Shown piece by piece: positions 38,522 through 46,879 of a stretch of DNA of 64,000 bases. The stretch lies in the IMG/VR virus record IMGVR_UViG_3300021400_004107. The stretch is one strand, 5' to 3'. This DNA is from an uncultured virus (IMG/VR IMGVR_UViG_3300021400_004107) (lineage: Duplodnaviria > Heunggongvirae > Uroviricota > Caudoviricetes). Within the stretch, counting starts at the first letter, position 1. Each line of letters starts with the position of its first letter. Made by a program: the position numbers and the translations under genes. The notes under the pieces are model-generated. The model ran no database searches. It saw only the letters and a list, made by a program, of their open reading frames with translations, and was not told where the DNA came from.

Positions 38522-38812
38522 TTTTTGGACAACTTTTGGACAACTTTTATCTGTCACTTAAGCATTTTGCAAGGAAAACGCAACCAATTATCAGTAGTGT
38601 AAGGGTTTTCAAAGCCTTTGAAATAGGGAAAAGTGACAGATAGAGCGCGGAATTACGGGCGTTCCGAGCGAGCCTACGGATCAGAAGGTTCCGGGTTCGA
38701 GTCCTGGCAGGCGCGCCAGACAAAGCCCTTGAAATCATTAGGTTTCAGGGGCTTTTCATTTATGTAAGAGTCTTGCAGATTCTGTATTTGGACAACTTTT
38801 TGGACAACTTTT
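38522..38812. mobile_element. attP-like site: core = 3' half of tRNA-Arg(ACG) (38674-38718) flanked by tandem TTGGACAACTTTT arm-type repeats
   Basis: CTACGGATCAGAAGG..TTCGAGTCC..GGCGCGCCA lacks a matching 5' half; paired repeats at 38522-38548 and 38787-38812. Confidence 0.8.
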
Positions 38813-39023
38813 TATGTAAGTCTTAAATTTCGGACACCGGGTTCACAGTTTCTTCGGGCGCCGTCGGAAAACATGTCTGTATATTTATGCACAGCGCCGT
38901 ATGCCCTTGCAGATGCCTCTGTAAGGCCCTGCAACGAGTTTAATGATACTGACATCCTTTGGAGAAAAGAAAAGCCCCTGAGAAGCTCTCAGAGGCTAAT
39001 ACGGGTATATATAAATTAGGATC

Positions 39024-40031
39024 TCACATCAGATCACCTGAATGCATCTTTTCTAACTTGGCCTTCATTTGGTCTGCAATGCGTTTTCCTGCGAGATCAC
39101 TGGAATTGTTCTCATATCTTAAATGGTACCGGTACAGCTCACTGTAGTCGAGCTTCTCGGGGTCCTGTACGAACGTCAGGCACCGATACAGATCATCCAC
39201 GTTGTATTCTTCTACGAACCACATCAGGTTCTCTACAAGTTCCGGCAGCTCGAAATCTTCATATCCGTGAAGTTGTGAGCCTTTCAGAATGCCGCTTTCC
39301 AGCGTGGTTCTCACTTTGTCTTTATCACCGCGTGTCATTTCGAAAGCTTTCATGAAACGACCGAACACCCAGATCTCGTTCTTAGATACCTTTATCGGGT
39401 CGACGTCTCTGTCGTGGCCCATACTTTCGGTAATAATATCTCTCATAAAATGGATGCTGCGCAGGTCTTCCGCTGCGTCTAACTCGCACCGGAGCTTCAG
39501 AAGGTTGAAGTCCAGCGTTTTGGGATTGACTTTACGCTCGTAATAAGCTCTGTTACGCTTGACTTTACGTTCGGTCTCACAGAGGGCTCTGACCCATAGA
39601 TCCAAATACCCTAAGCCGTTTCTGAGATACTCGTCCCGGTCTATCAAGACGTGATCATCATCCAAGAGCTCGACCGGGCTGGTGCGCCCGTACAGTATCA
39701 GATTCATCGCGCTGTTTCGCTCAGCCTCGAGGTTCTTCTCACGCAGTATCCGTGTCTCCTCATCCTCAGGCGTTTCTGCCACGACATTACCGGCTGCGTC
39801 GACTATCTCGTACGCTACCATGCGCCGTGCGTAGGCGTCTTTGCCTCTCTCGAGCGCGGCTCTCTTTTCGAGCATTTCTCTGTTTTTGCGCTCTTCCAGA
39901 TCGCGGAAGTATTTCCCGGATCTTTTATCACGCCGGACTATTCGTGCGTCGTTCCAGACTGCGAGTTTATTCCTCGCATCCTCAAATAAACGGATCTTCA
40001 TGGGTTTTGTCTCTCTTTCTGTGGTTTGCAT
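39024..40031 (-). CDS. Hypothetical protein
   Basis: 335-aa ORF with upstream promoter. Confidence 0.6.
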   Translation of the reverse strand: MQTTERETKPMKIRLFEDARNKLAVWNDARIVRRDKRSGKYFRDLEERKNREMLEKRAALERGKDAYARRMVAYEIVDAAGNVVAETPEDEETRILREKNLEAERNSAMNLILYGRTSPVELLDDDHVLIDRDEYLRNGLGYLDLWVRALCETERKVKRNRAYYERKVNPKTLDFNLLKLRCELDAAEDLRSIHFMRDIITESMGHDRDVDPIKVSKNEIWVFGRFMKAFEMTRGDKDKVRTTLESGILKGSQLHGYEDFELPELVENLMWFVEEYNVDDLYRCLTFVQDPEKLDYSELYRYHLRYENNSSDLAGKRIADQMKAKLEKMHSGDLM

Positions 40032-40112
40032 AAGTTGTTACATTCTTATGCAATCAATATGTCCACCTCGATCAATTTTTTCAAGGGTAGCAGAGAGGAA
40101 AATTTTGAAAGA

Positions 40113-40334
40113 TTACCTGTACTGGTTATAGGAGTTTATATTGGAAGCCGTTCGCTCTCCGTATTCTTCGTTATCTATCTCGTCCCTTAAGAAGGCTCTA
40201 TAATTAGACTCGTCAGCTTTTTTCAGCTCGCGTTTGGCTTTCTCCTCGTAAGAAAAATACTGAGCCAATTTGGCCAAGCCGATAATCGCTGCTATAACAA
40301 CTGCCATAATTCCTATTGCTATTAACCAATTCAT
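40113..40334 (-). CDS. Small membrane protein
   Basis: N-terminal TM, GAGGT RBS. Confidence 0.6.
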   Translation of the reverse strand: MNWLIAIGIMAVVIAAIIGLAKLAQYFSYEEKAKRELKKADESNYRAFLRDEIDNEEYGERTASNINSYNQYR

Positions 40335-40490
40335 ACTATTTACCTCTTTTCTTCGTTTGCATAACTCGATACCTTTTCTTAATTATAGTATGTCCACCTG
40401 GTTTAGTTTTTTCAAGGGCGTCGCAAAAGAAAAGACGGGACGCCGCTTGGGACGCCCCGCCTTTCGTATAAAGGGGAATGGGTAAAAGTC

Positions 40491-41291
40491 TCAGATGGAG
40501 ATCATTCCTGCAAGCTCTTCAGCGCTCATTGCCTCAGGCTCTGCGGGTGCTACTCCGGGATCCTCTTCTCCGAGATCAAGGAGATCGGATACGTCGTAAG
40601 AAGCATCTCTTGCAGGAGCAGGCTTAAGGGTGATATCGGAAGCTCTTGTCATAAGCTTGTTGTCACCACTAAGGTGTGCGTTGATCTTGACTTCGATGTA
40701 CGCACCGTTCTTGCCCTCTGCATCAGGTCCCAAGACCTTATCTGCGTTAGCAAGAGTTACTTCCTTGCCGTCGACTTCGCTGGCGAACTTAACGATCTGC
40801 CAAGCGTTGGCCTGGTTCTGAACGGAAGTCGTTACAGGGAGTGAGCAGTTGACCCAAACACCGGTAACTTCCTGCGTGTCCTTGTTGATCCTGTCTCTGA
40901 CGTCGAAAGGAAGCTTGTTGCCGAATGCGTTTGTAAGTCCGTCTTCGATCTTGCCACCGGTCTTGAGCTGCCAGCCCTTGACCATCGCATAAATAGTAAG
41001 TGCAGTCATCTTGTAGCTTGCCTGATCGACGCCGATACGGATTTCTGCAGGGTAGAATACTCTGCCGTCCTTAGAAGTCATCTTGTCAGGGTTAGAGATC
41101 TTACACTTGTTGACCCAGCCCTTGATACCGAATCCTGCCATCTTGTCGAAAGGAAGGATGGGGTTCTTGGCGTTCTTGAGCTTCTCACACTGAGCGTCGA
41201 TCTTCTGTCTCTCTGCTGCAGAGAGCTGATCACATGCCCAATCGTAAGTCTTCTGAAGCCTTGCGTTCAATTCCTCAACTGAAAGTGCCAT
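40491..41291 (-). CDS. Hypothetical protein, possible ssDNA-binding protein
   Basis: Strong RBS, acidic tail, position after DUF2800 gene. Confidence 0.45.
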   Translation of the reverse strand: MALSVEELNARLQKTYDWACDQLSAAERQKIDAQCEKLKNAKNPILPFDKMAGFGIKGWVNKCKISNPDKMTSKDGRVFYPAEIRIGVDQASYKMTALTIYAMVKGWQLKTGGKIEDGLTNAFGNKLPFDVRDRINKDTQEVTGVWVNCSLPVTTSVQNQANAWQIVKFASEVDGKEVTLANADKVLGPDAEGKNGAYIEVKINAHLSGDNKLMTRASDITLKPAPARDASYDVSDLLDLGEEDPGVAPAEPEAMSAEELAGMISI

Positions 41292-41340
41292 AATGGTTTC
41301 CTCCGTTAAATAAATGTTTTGTATTTCAGTGCCCTAAGGC

Positions 41341-42168
41341 TTACTGACTTAATAGGTCGGCGATGGAGACTGCTATCTCCGGTGCCTTTGTCGCCGGGCA
41401 ATTTCCCTTACCTGCACAGAACGCGCAATGCTCGCCGGTATGGTATTCGCCCTCGTTCTTAAGAGCCTGCTCCACCTTGACGTTCGTATCGGCAGCCCAA
41501 GCCTTCAGTTCCGTTACCGTTAGCTTGTCGTGTGAAATCGCTCCAACTGTGGGAAGGGTCTTTACGAAGCCCTTGGAGTAGTCGGTAGTTGCCCTCGGCT
41601 GGAAGATATAGTATTCCGCTTCGGTGACATTCTTTCTCTCGTGCTCGGGCAAAGACAGATATGCGCCGAGAGAATAGGCTCTGAGCTGGAAATTGCCCGT
41701 AGCCTTAACCAATGCGTGACCATACTTGAAGTCAACTATGGTGATCTTGGTAGGAGAGACCAGGAAACAGTCGCAAGTACCCCAGCACTCAGAAAGGTAC
41801 TTGGTCATATCGACCTTGCGCTCTGTATAGATCTTGGTGTAACCGCCACCCTGATACAATCTCAAGATAAAATCCCTGTAAGCCGCGCCGCAGATGCGCA
41901 TTGCACGGTCAGCTCTCTTAGCCTCTTCGACAGAGTCCGGCTGCAAGGGCAGGCCAAACGCTTCGTTGACCATGTTCTCGGCAACAGCGTGCGCTGTCGT
42001 GCCTTCCTTAGCGGCTTCCGATGTCGTCTCGCCGTGCTCTAAACGGTAATCTTCGTTTATCTTAAGGGACTTTGTACAGGAAACTGTCCGAACAAGCGAA
42101 GAGGGGGACACTAAAGCGTGCTCCCTCTGGACAATTGAGTTTGAGTTTGAGTTCGTGTTGTTCGGCAT
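41341..42168 (-). CDS. DUF2800-type PD-(D/E)XK (Cas4-like) nuclease
   Basis: HALVSPSS..C, EGT.AH, GTCD...IVDFKYG, QLRAY, C.FC...C. Confidence 0.8.
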   Translation of the reverse strand: MPNNTNSNSNSIVQREHALVSPSSLVRTVSCTKSLKINEDYRLEHGETTSEAAKEGTTAHAVAENMVNEAFGLPLQPDSVEEAKRADRAMRICGAAYRDFILRLYQGGGYTKIYTERKVDMTKYLSECWGTCDCFLVSPTKITIVDFKYGHALVKATGNFQLRAYSLGAYLSLPEHERKNVTEAEYYIFQPRATTDYSKGFVKTLPTVGAISHDKLTVTELKAWAADTNVKVEQALKNEGEYHTGEHCAFCAGKGNCPATKAPEIAVSIADLLSQ

Positions 42169-42430
42169 AAACGTTTCCTTTGCTGTAATTCGTTTTGTAT
42201 AAGTTGTTATCATAAATGCAAGTTCAAAGGCATAAAAGCCTATAGACTCGCAGTAACACTAACTGGTTACATTTATCATTATAGCAATAAGTTATCAGAA
42301 ACGCAAGATTAGGCAGGAGAATTCTTTTGCAGATAGGAGAAAAGCATCTGTTGTTGAGGGCTGCTGTTGGCTATAATGTGTCAGAGACCTCGTTTTCGTC
42401 CCGACCAAGGATCAGAGGACTTGTAACAAC

Positions 42431-42475
42431 AAAATAGAGCCCCTGATCTACCGCGTGGCCAGAGGCTCTATTTTA
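42431..42475. terminator. Terminator at the end of the tRNA array
   Basis: AAAATAGAGCC...GGCTCTATTTT inverted repeat. Confidence 0.7.
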
Positions 42476-42477
42476 TT

Positions 42478-42571
42478 TGGCGTCGACTGCGGGACTTGAA
42501 CCCACACATCCTGCTTAAGGACTACTCACGGTTTAGCAAACCGCTGCCTTACCAATTCGGCTCAAGTCGAC
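42478..42571 (-). tRNA. tRNA-Ser(GCT)
   Basis: Cloverleaf, long variable arm, encoded CCA. Confidence 0.85.
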
Positions 42572-42581
42572 ATAGCATCGA

Positions 42582-43139
42582 TCATCTCGACATCCCGAGA
42601 CGCTCTGCAATCTTTTCTTCGATGTCTCTCATTATCGTATCTATCGACACCGGTTCACAGTTATGGGCGTCACAGGCCACGTTATACATGAACGGGTTGT
42701 CTTCGTAGAACTTATCCGGACTGTGGGTGTGACCGAACAGGTTGATCACGGCTCTGTCAGGATCCTTATCGTATTCTGCGGTCAGGGTCGGATAGTGACA
42801 AAGAAAGAACTGGTGCTTACGGATCTTTAGCAGCTGTGCATAGCTGATCTCAACGATATTCGGCAGCTCAGAGTAAAGTTCGAGCTTAGCCGGGGTGTCG
42901 TGGTTGCCGGCAATCAGATGGATCTTTCCCGGCAGTGCGGCTGCCGTATTCTTAATAGATTCTACGTCAGAGCCCAGGAACATATCACCTAAGACATATA
43001 CATCGTCGTCCGGCTTGATCATCTTCTTCCAGTTTCTGAGGATCTTCTCATTCATTTGCTCAACAGAGTTGCATCCGCGCGGGGCATAGACAAATTCCCG
43101 GTCATGATTCAAATGCATGTCGCTTATAAAATAGATCAT
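42582..43139 (-). CDS. Calcineurin-like phosphoesterase embedded in the tRNA array
   Basis: SDMH..H, LGD, GNHD, CHYP, GHTH. Confidence 0.85.
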   Translation of the reverse strand: MIYFISDMHLNHDREFVYAPRGCNSVEQMNEKILRNWKKMIKPDDDVYVLGDMFLGSDVESIKNTAAALPGKIHLIAGNHDTPAKLELYSELPNIVEISYAQLLKIRKHQFFLCHYPTLTAEYDKDPDRAVINLFGHTHSPDKFYEDNPFMYNVACDAHNCEPVSIDTIMRDIEEKIAERLGMSR

Positions 43140-43171
43140 TTTTCATATTTCCTTTTCTATAGTGTAGTGAT

Positions 43172-43247
43172 TGGCACCCGCACAGGGACTTGAACCCCGA
43201 ACTTCTGAGTCAGAGTCAGATACGTTACCGCTTACGCCATACGGGTA
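43172..43247 (-). tRNA. tRNA-Gln(CTG)
   Basis: Cloverleaf, CCA. Confidence 0.9.
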
Positions 43248-43258
43248 TGAAATGAAAA

Positions 43259-43330
43259 GTGAGCAAACAGGATTCGAACCTGTACCCCCGGCCGTCACTC
43301 GTGTGTGCTTCCGATTACACCATTGCTCAA
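43259..43330 (-). pseudogene. Degenerate tRNA (acceptor, D and T arms present; anticodon arm unpaired; no CCA)
   Basis: GAGCAA/TTGCTC acceptor, CAGGTTCGAATCCTG T arm. Confidence 0.55.
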
Positions 43331-43425
43331 GATACTTATCGGTGTTACATTCTCTTCTTCAGATCATTCCGGACTTCACCTCGGTCAACAATATATCCTT
43401 GACTTTCTCCTCTTTACTTTTCAAA

Positions 43426-43514
43426 TGGCGCTACAGACAGGACTCGAACCTGCATGTCCCGCTAAGGACTGCCTGCTCTCCAAGCAGGTGCTCCACCAAT
43501 TGAGCGACTGCAGC
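43426..43514 (-). tRNA. tRNA-Ser(GGA)
   Basis: Cloverleaf, CCA. Confidence 0.9.
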
Positions 43515-43519
43515 GTGTT

Positions 43520-43604
43520 TGGCGCCGTGCACAGGACTCGAACCTGCAAACCGTTTCCGGTCAAATGCTTTCAAAACACCTTCCTCACCACCCGGACACA
43601 CGGC
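43520..43604 (-). tRNA. tRNA-Ser(TGA)
   Basis: Cloverleaf, CCA. Confidence 0.85.
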
Positions 43605-43608
43605 GTAT

Positions 43609-43684
43609 TGGGGCTCACAGTCGGGATCGAACCGACGACTTCATCCTTACCATGGATGTACTCTGCCTGCTGAGTTATGCGAGC
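43609..43684 (-). tRNA. tRNA-Thr(GGT)
   Basis: Cloverleaf, CCA. Confidence 0.9.
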
Positions 43685-43688
43685 TTAT

Positions 43689-43774
43689 TGGCGACAGACA
43701 GAGGTGTCGATCCTCATCCTTTTGAGACCACTTGTTTTCGAAACAAGGTCAGGAGCCGTCCTGATTTATCTGTC
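43689..43774 (-). tRNA. tRNA-Ser(CGA)
   Basis: Cloverleaf, CCA. Confidence 0.8.
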
Positions 43775-43776
43775 AT

Positions 43777-43850
43777 TGGCTGCTCTTGAAAGAATCGAAC
43801 TTTCTCCTAAGGTGTCAAAGGCCCCGGCGCTACCATTACGCTAAAGAGCA
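43777..43850 (-). tRNA. tRNA-Gln(TTG)
   Basis: Cloverleaf, CCA. Confidence 0.85.
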
Positions 43851-43854
43851 ATAT

Positions 43855-43930
43855 TGGTGATCCCGCAGGGACTCGAACCCTGAGCTGTTCGGTTCGTAGC
43901 CGAGTAGTCTTCCAGTTGGCTTACAGGACC
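43855..43930 (-). tRNA. tRNA-Arg(ACG)
   Basis: Cloverleaf, CCA. Confidence 0.88.
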
Positions 43931-43933
43931 ATT

Positions 43934-44007
43934 TGGAGCGTCTCGTGAGAGTTGAACTCACAGTAAACGGTTTTGCAGACCGATCGCCTTCCGCAGACAA
44001 GAGACGC
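43934..44007 (-). tRNA. tRNA-Cys(GCA)
   Basis: Cloverleaf, CCA. Confidence 0.82.
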
Positions 44008-44012
44008 ATAAG

Positions 44013-44088
44013 TGGTTGGAACACAAGGACTCGAACCTTGAACCGATCGGATATAAGCCGACTGCTCTGCCAGTTGCGCTATGTTCCA
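44013..44088 (-). tRNA. tRNA-Ile(TAT)
   Basis: Cloverleaf, loop CT-TAT-AT, CCA. Confidence 0.88.
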
Positions 44089-44092
44089 GTGT

Positions 44093-44166
44093 TGGTTGGT
44101 ATGACAGGAATCGGACCTGTATTAACCGCGTATCAGACGGTCTTCCTACCATTGAAAGACATACCA
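44093..44166 (-). tRNA. tRNA-Ile(GAT)
   Basis: Cloverleaf, CCA. Confidence 0.85.
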
Positions 44167-44170
44167 GTGT

Positions 44171-44257
44171 TGGTGCCGCCTGAGGGTATCGAACCCACTC
44201 GAGTCTGATGACAGCGGATTTACAGTCCGCTCCGCCTCCTTAACGGGTTACGACGGC
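44171..44257 (-). tRNA. tRNA-Tyr(GTA)
   Basis: Cloverleaf, long variable arm, CCA. Confidence 0.88.
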
Positions 44258-44264
44258 ATATGTT

Positions 44265-44409
44265 AAGCCAAGCAAGATTTGCACTTGCACCTCCGACTCC
44301 ACGCCGGTAGTCTTTGTCGCGGTTAATTACTCCGCCGAGACCGTTCCGGACGCCGCATGCTACGCGCGCTTGATGCTTTGTTCGGACGAGTCCTTTAACA
44401 TATTGGCTT
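44265..44409 (-). ncRNA. tRNA-like RNA with expanded interior
   Basis: AAGCCAA/TTGGCTT acceptor-like stem, GCAAG-TGCAAAT-CTTGC T arm. Confidence 0.55.
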
Positions 44410-44410
44410 C

Positions 44411-44487
44411 TGGACCGTCATAAGGGATTCGAACCCTCTCCCTCTGCTTGGAAGGCAGACATGCTAAGCCGTTGACACCAATGACGG
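44411..44487 (-). tRNA. tRNA-Gly(TCC)
   Basis: Cloverleaf, CCA. Confidence 0.88.
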
Positions 44488-44664
44488 ATAAGGTGCGAGG
44501 CTCAACCCTCGCTTGCAGGGTATATCCCTGGAGTTCCCCGACTTGAAGTATCGGGTGATGGACCTCTTCTCGGTATTATCGTTGTGACCTACGCCTTCGG
44601 GCGGGCTGGTAAGAAGCAATCAAGTGCCCCGAATATTTGGTTAGGAACCGAGTCCGGCCACTGT

Positions 44665-44739
44665 TGGGAGGAGGTAAGAGTATCGATCTCTTGCTTGCAG
44701 TGCCACAAACTGCCGTGCTGCCATTACACTAACGACCTC
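44665..44739 (-). tRNA. tRNA-His(GTG)
   Basis: Cloverleaf with imperfect acceptor, CCA. Confidence 0.75.
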
Positions 44740-44743
44740 ATGT

Positions 44744-44816
44744 TGGTTGCGGAGCCGGGAGTCGAACCCGGAAGGTCCGGCTTATGAGGCCGGCTTGGTC
44801 GCCGTACCTCTCCGCA
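44744..44816 (-). tRNA. tRNA-Met(CAT), initiator-like
   Basis: Cloverleaf, CCA. Confidence 0.82.
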
Positions 44817-44820
44817 ATAT

Positions 44821-44895
44821 TGGCACCGGCACGAGGAATCGAACCCCGGATTTCGGTTTTGGAGACCGTTGTGTTACCACTAGCACTATACCGAT
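44821..44895 (-). tRNA. tRNA-Trp(CCA)
   Basis: Cloverleaf, CCA. Confidence 0.88.
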
Positions 44896-44899
44896 ATGT

Positions 44900-44975
44900 T
44901 GGAGCAAGCAACGGGATTTGAACCCGTGTATCCGACTTGGCAAGCCGGTGTAATAGGCCACTATACGATACCTGC
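44900..44975 (-). tRNA. tRNA-Gly(GCC)
   Basis: Cloverleaf, CCA. Confidence 0.88.
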
Positions 44976-44978
44976 ATC

Positions 44979-45055
44979 TGGTACCCGCAGAGGGGATCGA
45001 ACCCCCGACCTTGTGCTTGTAAGGCACCTGCTCTCCGCTGCTGAGCTATACGGGT
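44979..45055 (-). tRNA. tRNA-Val(TAC)
   Basis: Cloverleaf, CCA. Confidence 0.9.
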
Positions 45056-45185
45056 AGATTTGGCAGCGTGTGCACCGTCGCGAACGGCATCGGAACTGCT
45101 AAGTCGGAAGATCTCACGTCTATTTAAGACAAGCCACCTTCCTATAAACCCTACGGTTTGCTGCACACTTTGATCCTCACTCACT

Positions 45186-45261
45186 TGGTGGACCACACGG
45201 GGATCGAACCCGCCATTTCATGCTTGCAAGGCACGCGGCACCCCATTGCGCCTTCTGGCCC
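45186..45261 (-). tRNA. tRNA-Ala(TGC)
   Basis: Cloverleaf, G3:U70, CCA. Confidence 0.88.
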
Positions 45262-45424
45262 ATATTTGCGTAGCGGAATATGTAAGCAAGGACTTATATC
45301 TCCTCGGAGAATTGTCCAAACCTGGGCTACCGGACCTACGCTATTCTTGAGCAGTTTCGTTTTACTCAAGACCTTACCCTCAGGTTTTTACATACGGGTG
45401 ACGAAACCTTCCGTATGATGCAAT

Positions 45425-45499
45425 TGGAGCTTCCCCAGGGAGTCGAACCCTGACAATCCTGCTTACAAGGCAGGCGCAGTACCGTTGTGCCAGAGAAGC
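45425..45499 (-). tRNA. tRNA-Thr(TGT)
   Basis: Cloverleaf, CCA. Confidence 0.88.
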
Positions 45500-45669
45500 G
45501 TATTGTCTCGAACAGCTCTCAGAGCTAACCGAATGCTCATTCGTCTGTATTTCACCGGATTCGAGATCCGATCCGTCTTACCTGTATCGCTCGGTAAGTC
45601 GCAGGTTACGATTACGGCCTGCTCTCGGTTCTTGTCGCATCGGTCATGCAGTAGGTGATACAACCTTAG

Positions 45670-45789
45670 TGGTGTGGGAGGCCGGACACGACTCCGACCA
45701 TGCCCTCCGGGACACATGTGCACTTAATCCCGTACGAGCGCCAGGGGTACCGATGCCCCGGCTGCGTGTGCTTCTTGCATACTCCCGAC
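45670..45789 (-). ncRNA. tRNA-like RNA with extra arm, ends in CCA
   Basis: GGGAG/CTCCC acceptor, T-like arm, two internal hairpins. Confidence 0.5.
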
Positions 45790-45866
45790 TGGTGTCCGAC
45801 AAGGGCCTCGAACCCTCAAGAAACTGATTTTGAGTCAGTCATGTCTGCCAATTGCATCAATCGGAC
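45790..45866 (-). tRNA. tRNA-Leu(CAA), short variable region
   Basis: Cloverleaf, CCA. Confidence 0.85.
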
Positions 45867-45869
45867 ATG

Positions 45870-45945
45870 TGGTACTCCGACAGCGGCTCGAACGCTGAAC
45901 CGACACTTTAGAAGAGTGTTGCACTTCCAGTTGTGCTACCGGAGC
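45870..45945 (-). tRNA. tRNA-Arg(TCT)
   Basis: Cloverleaf, CCA. Confidence 0.88.
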
Positions 45946-46034
45946 ATTTATGTGCGGTTAAAGTCCCGCAGACTGCACATCCGGTTTAATTTGGCGCCGG
46001 CAGGGACCGTATTATTTTGCTCTAAACCTGCCAC

Positions 46035-46113
46035 TGGTACCCGAGGAGGGAGTCGAACCCTCAAAAGACCCGGATCCTTAGTCCGGCGCATACGCCAATT
46101 CTGCTACACGGGC
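46035..46113 (-). tRNA. tRNA-Leu(AAG), short variable region
   Basis: Cloverleaf, loop CT-AAG-GA, CCA. Confidence 0.85.
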
Positions 46114-46118
46114 ATATA

Positions 46119-46194
46119 TGGTGCTTGCTATCGGATTCGAACCGATACAACGCGAGGTTTAAGCTCGCTGACTCTGCCGTTGGCCTAAGCAAGC
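46119..46194 (-). tRNA. tRNA-Leu(TAA), short variable region
   Basis: Cloverleaf, CCA. Confidence 0.85.
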
Positions 46195-46197
46195 ATT

Positions 46198-46273
46198 TGG
46201 TATCCCTGAGAGGATTCGAACCTCCAACTTTACGGTTCTGAGCCGTCTGCGTCTGCCGTTCCGCCACAAGGAT
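46198..46273 (-). tRNA. tRNA-Leu(CAG), short variable region
   Basis: Cloverleaf, CCA. Confidence 0.85.
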
Positions 46274-46280
46274 ATATTAG

Positions 46281-46342
46281 GACCGCGTGCTCTCCGTTAC
46301 ACTAATCAAGGGCGCCTTCCTGAGTCGAACAGGTCTTCGGTC
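46281..46342 (-). ncRNA. Circularly permuted tRNA mimic (YrlA/Y-RNA-like topology)
   Basis: GACCG - T arm CCTG-TTCGACT-CAGG - closed acceptor AAGG/CCTT - D arm GTGT-AACGGAGA-GCAC - CGGTC. Confidence 0.7.
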
Positions 46343-46417
46343 TGGTGACGCTTCAGGGAGTTGAACCCTGCTTCACGGGCTGAGAACCCGTTTTCCTGGC
46401 CGATAGAAGAAAGCGCC
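46343..46417 (-). tRNA. tRNA-Glu(CTC)
   Basis: Cloverleaf, CCA. Confidence 0.88.
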
Positions 46418-46420
46418 ATG

Positions 46421-46499
46421 TGGTGACGTGTGCGGGATTTGAACCCGGCGAATACCGCCTTGAAAGGGCGGCGAGTTAAACCAACTTCTCCAACACGCC
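46421..46499 (-). tRNA. tRNA-Glu(TTC)
   Basis: Cloverleaf, CCA. Confidence 0.88.
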
Positions 46500-46608
46500 A
46501 TTTTTTGTTTGCGCTGATCGCAGACCCGGCAATTCATGGATTTGCTTTTAAGTCTGTTGACATAATGGCCACTTTTGTCTTCTCACTGTAAGTGAACGAC
46601 CCCGCATT

Positions 46609-46684
46609 TGGTCCGAGTAGCAGGTCTCGAACCTGCGGCTTCCTGGTCCCAGGCCAGGCACTCTTCCAACTGAGCTATACCCGG
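46609..46684 (-). tRNA. tRNA-Pro(TGG)
   Basis: Cloverleaf (C at position 33), CCA. Confidence 0.88.
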
Positions 46685-46690
46685 ATATAG

Positions 46691-46796
46691 AAGGGTTTAG
46701 GTGAGCTTTCCCCCAGCTCGGACTCGAACCATTCTCTTCCGTTTCCAGAAGCGTCCCCCACGGGACCAGCCGGGCTACTTGCTGCACCATGCCCTT
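46691..46796 (-). ncRNA. Long-stem RNA with T-loop
   Basis: AAGGG..GGTG/CACC..CCCTT closing stem, three-hairpin head with GGTTCGAGTCC. Confidence 0.5.
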
Positions 46797-46872
46797 TGGC
46801 GACCACAACGAGAGTTGAACTCGTATCTTCAGCGTGACAGGCTGACATAATAAACCGTTATACCATGCGGCC
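46797..46872 (-). tRNA. tRNA-Asp(GTC)
   Basis: Cloverleaf, CCA. Confidence 0.88.
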
Positions 46873-46879
46873 GTATAAG

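Noticed and set aside
38640..38718. Complete tRNA-Arg gene next to the integrase
   Set aside because: No 5' acceptor strand or 5' anticodon-stem strand; only the 3' half is present, so treated as att core
41341..42168. Cas4 adaptation gene for the CRISPR array
   Set aside because: Fits the DUF2800 nuclease that normally accompanies phage PolA modules; 10 kb from the array and no cas1/cas2 seen
45950..46034. HDV-like (theta) ribozyme after tRNA-Leu(AAG)
   Set aside because: Pseudoknot-like pairings exist, but I could not place P3/L3 and P1.1; kept only as an unassigned structured spacer
43171..46808. ORF-track calls inside the tRNA array
   Set aside because: They overlap clear tRNA cloverleaves
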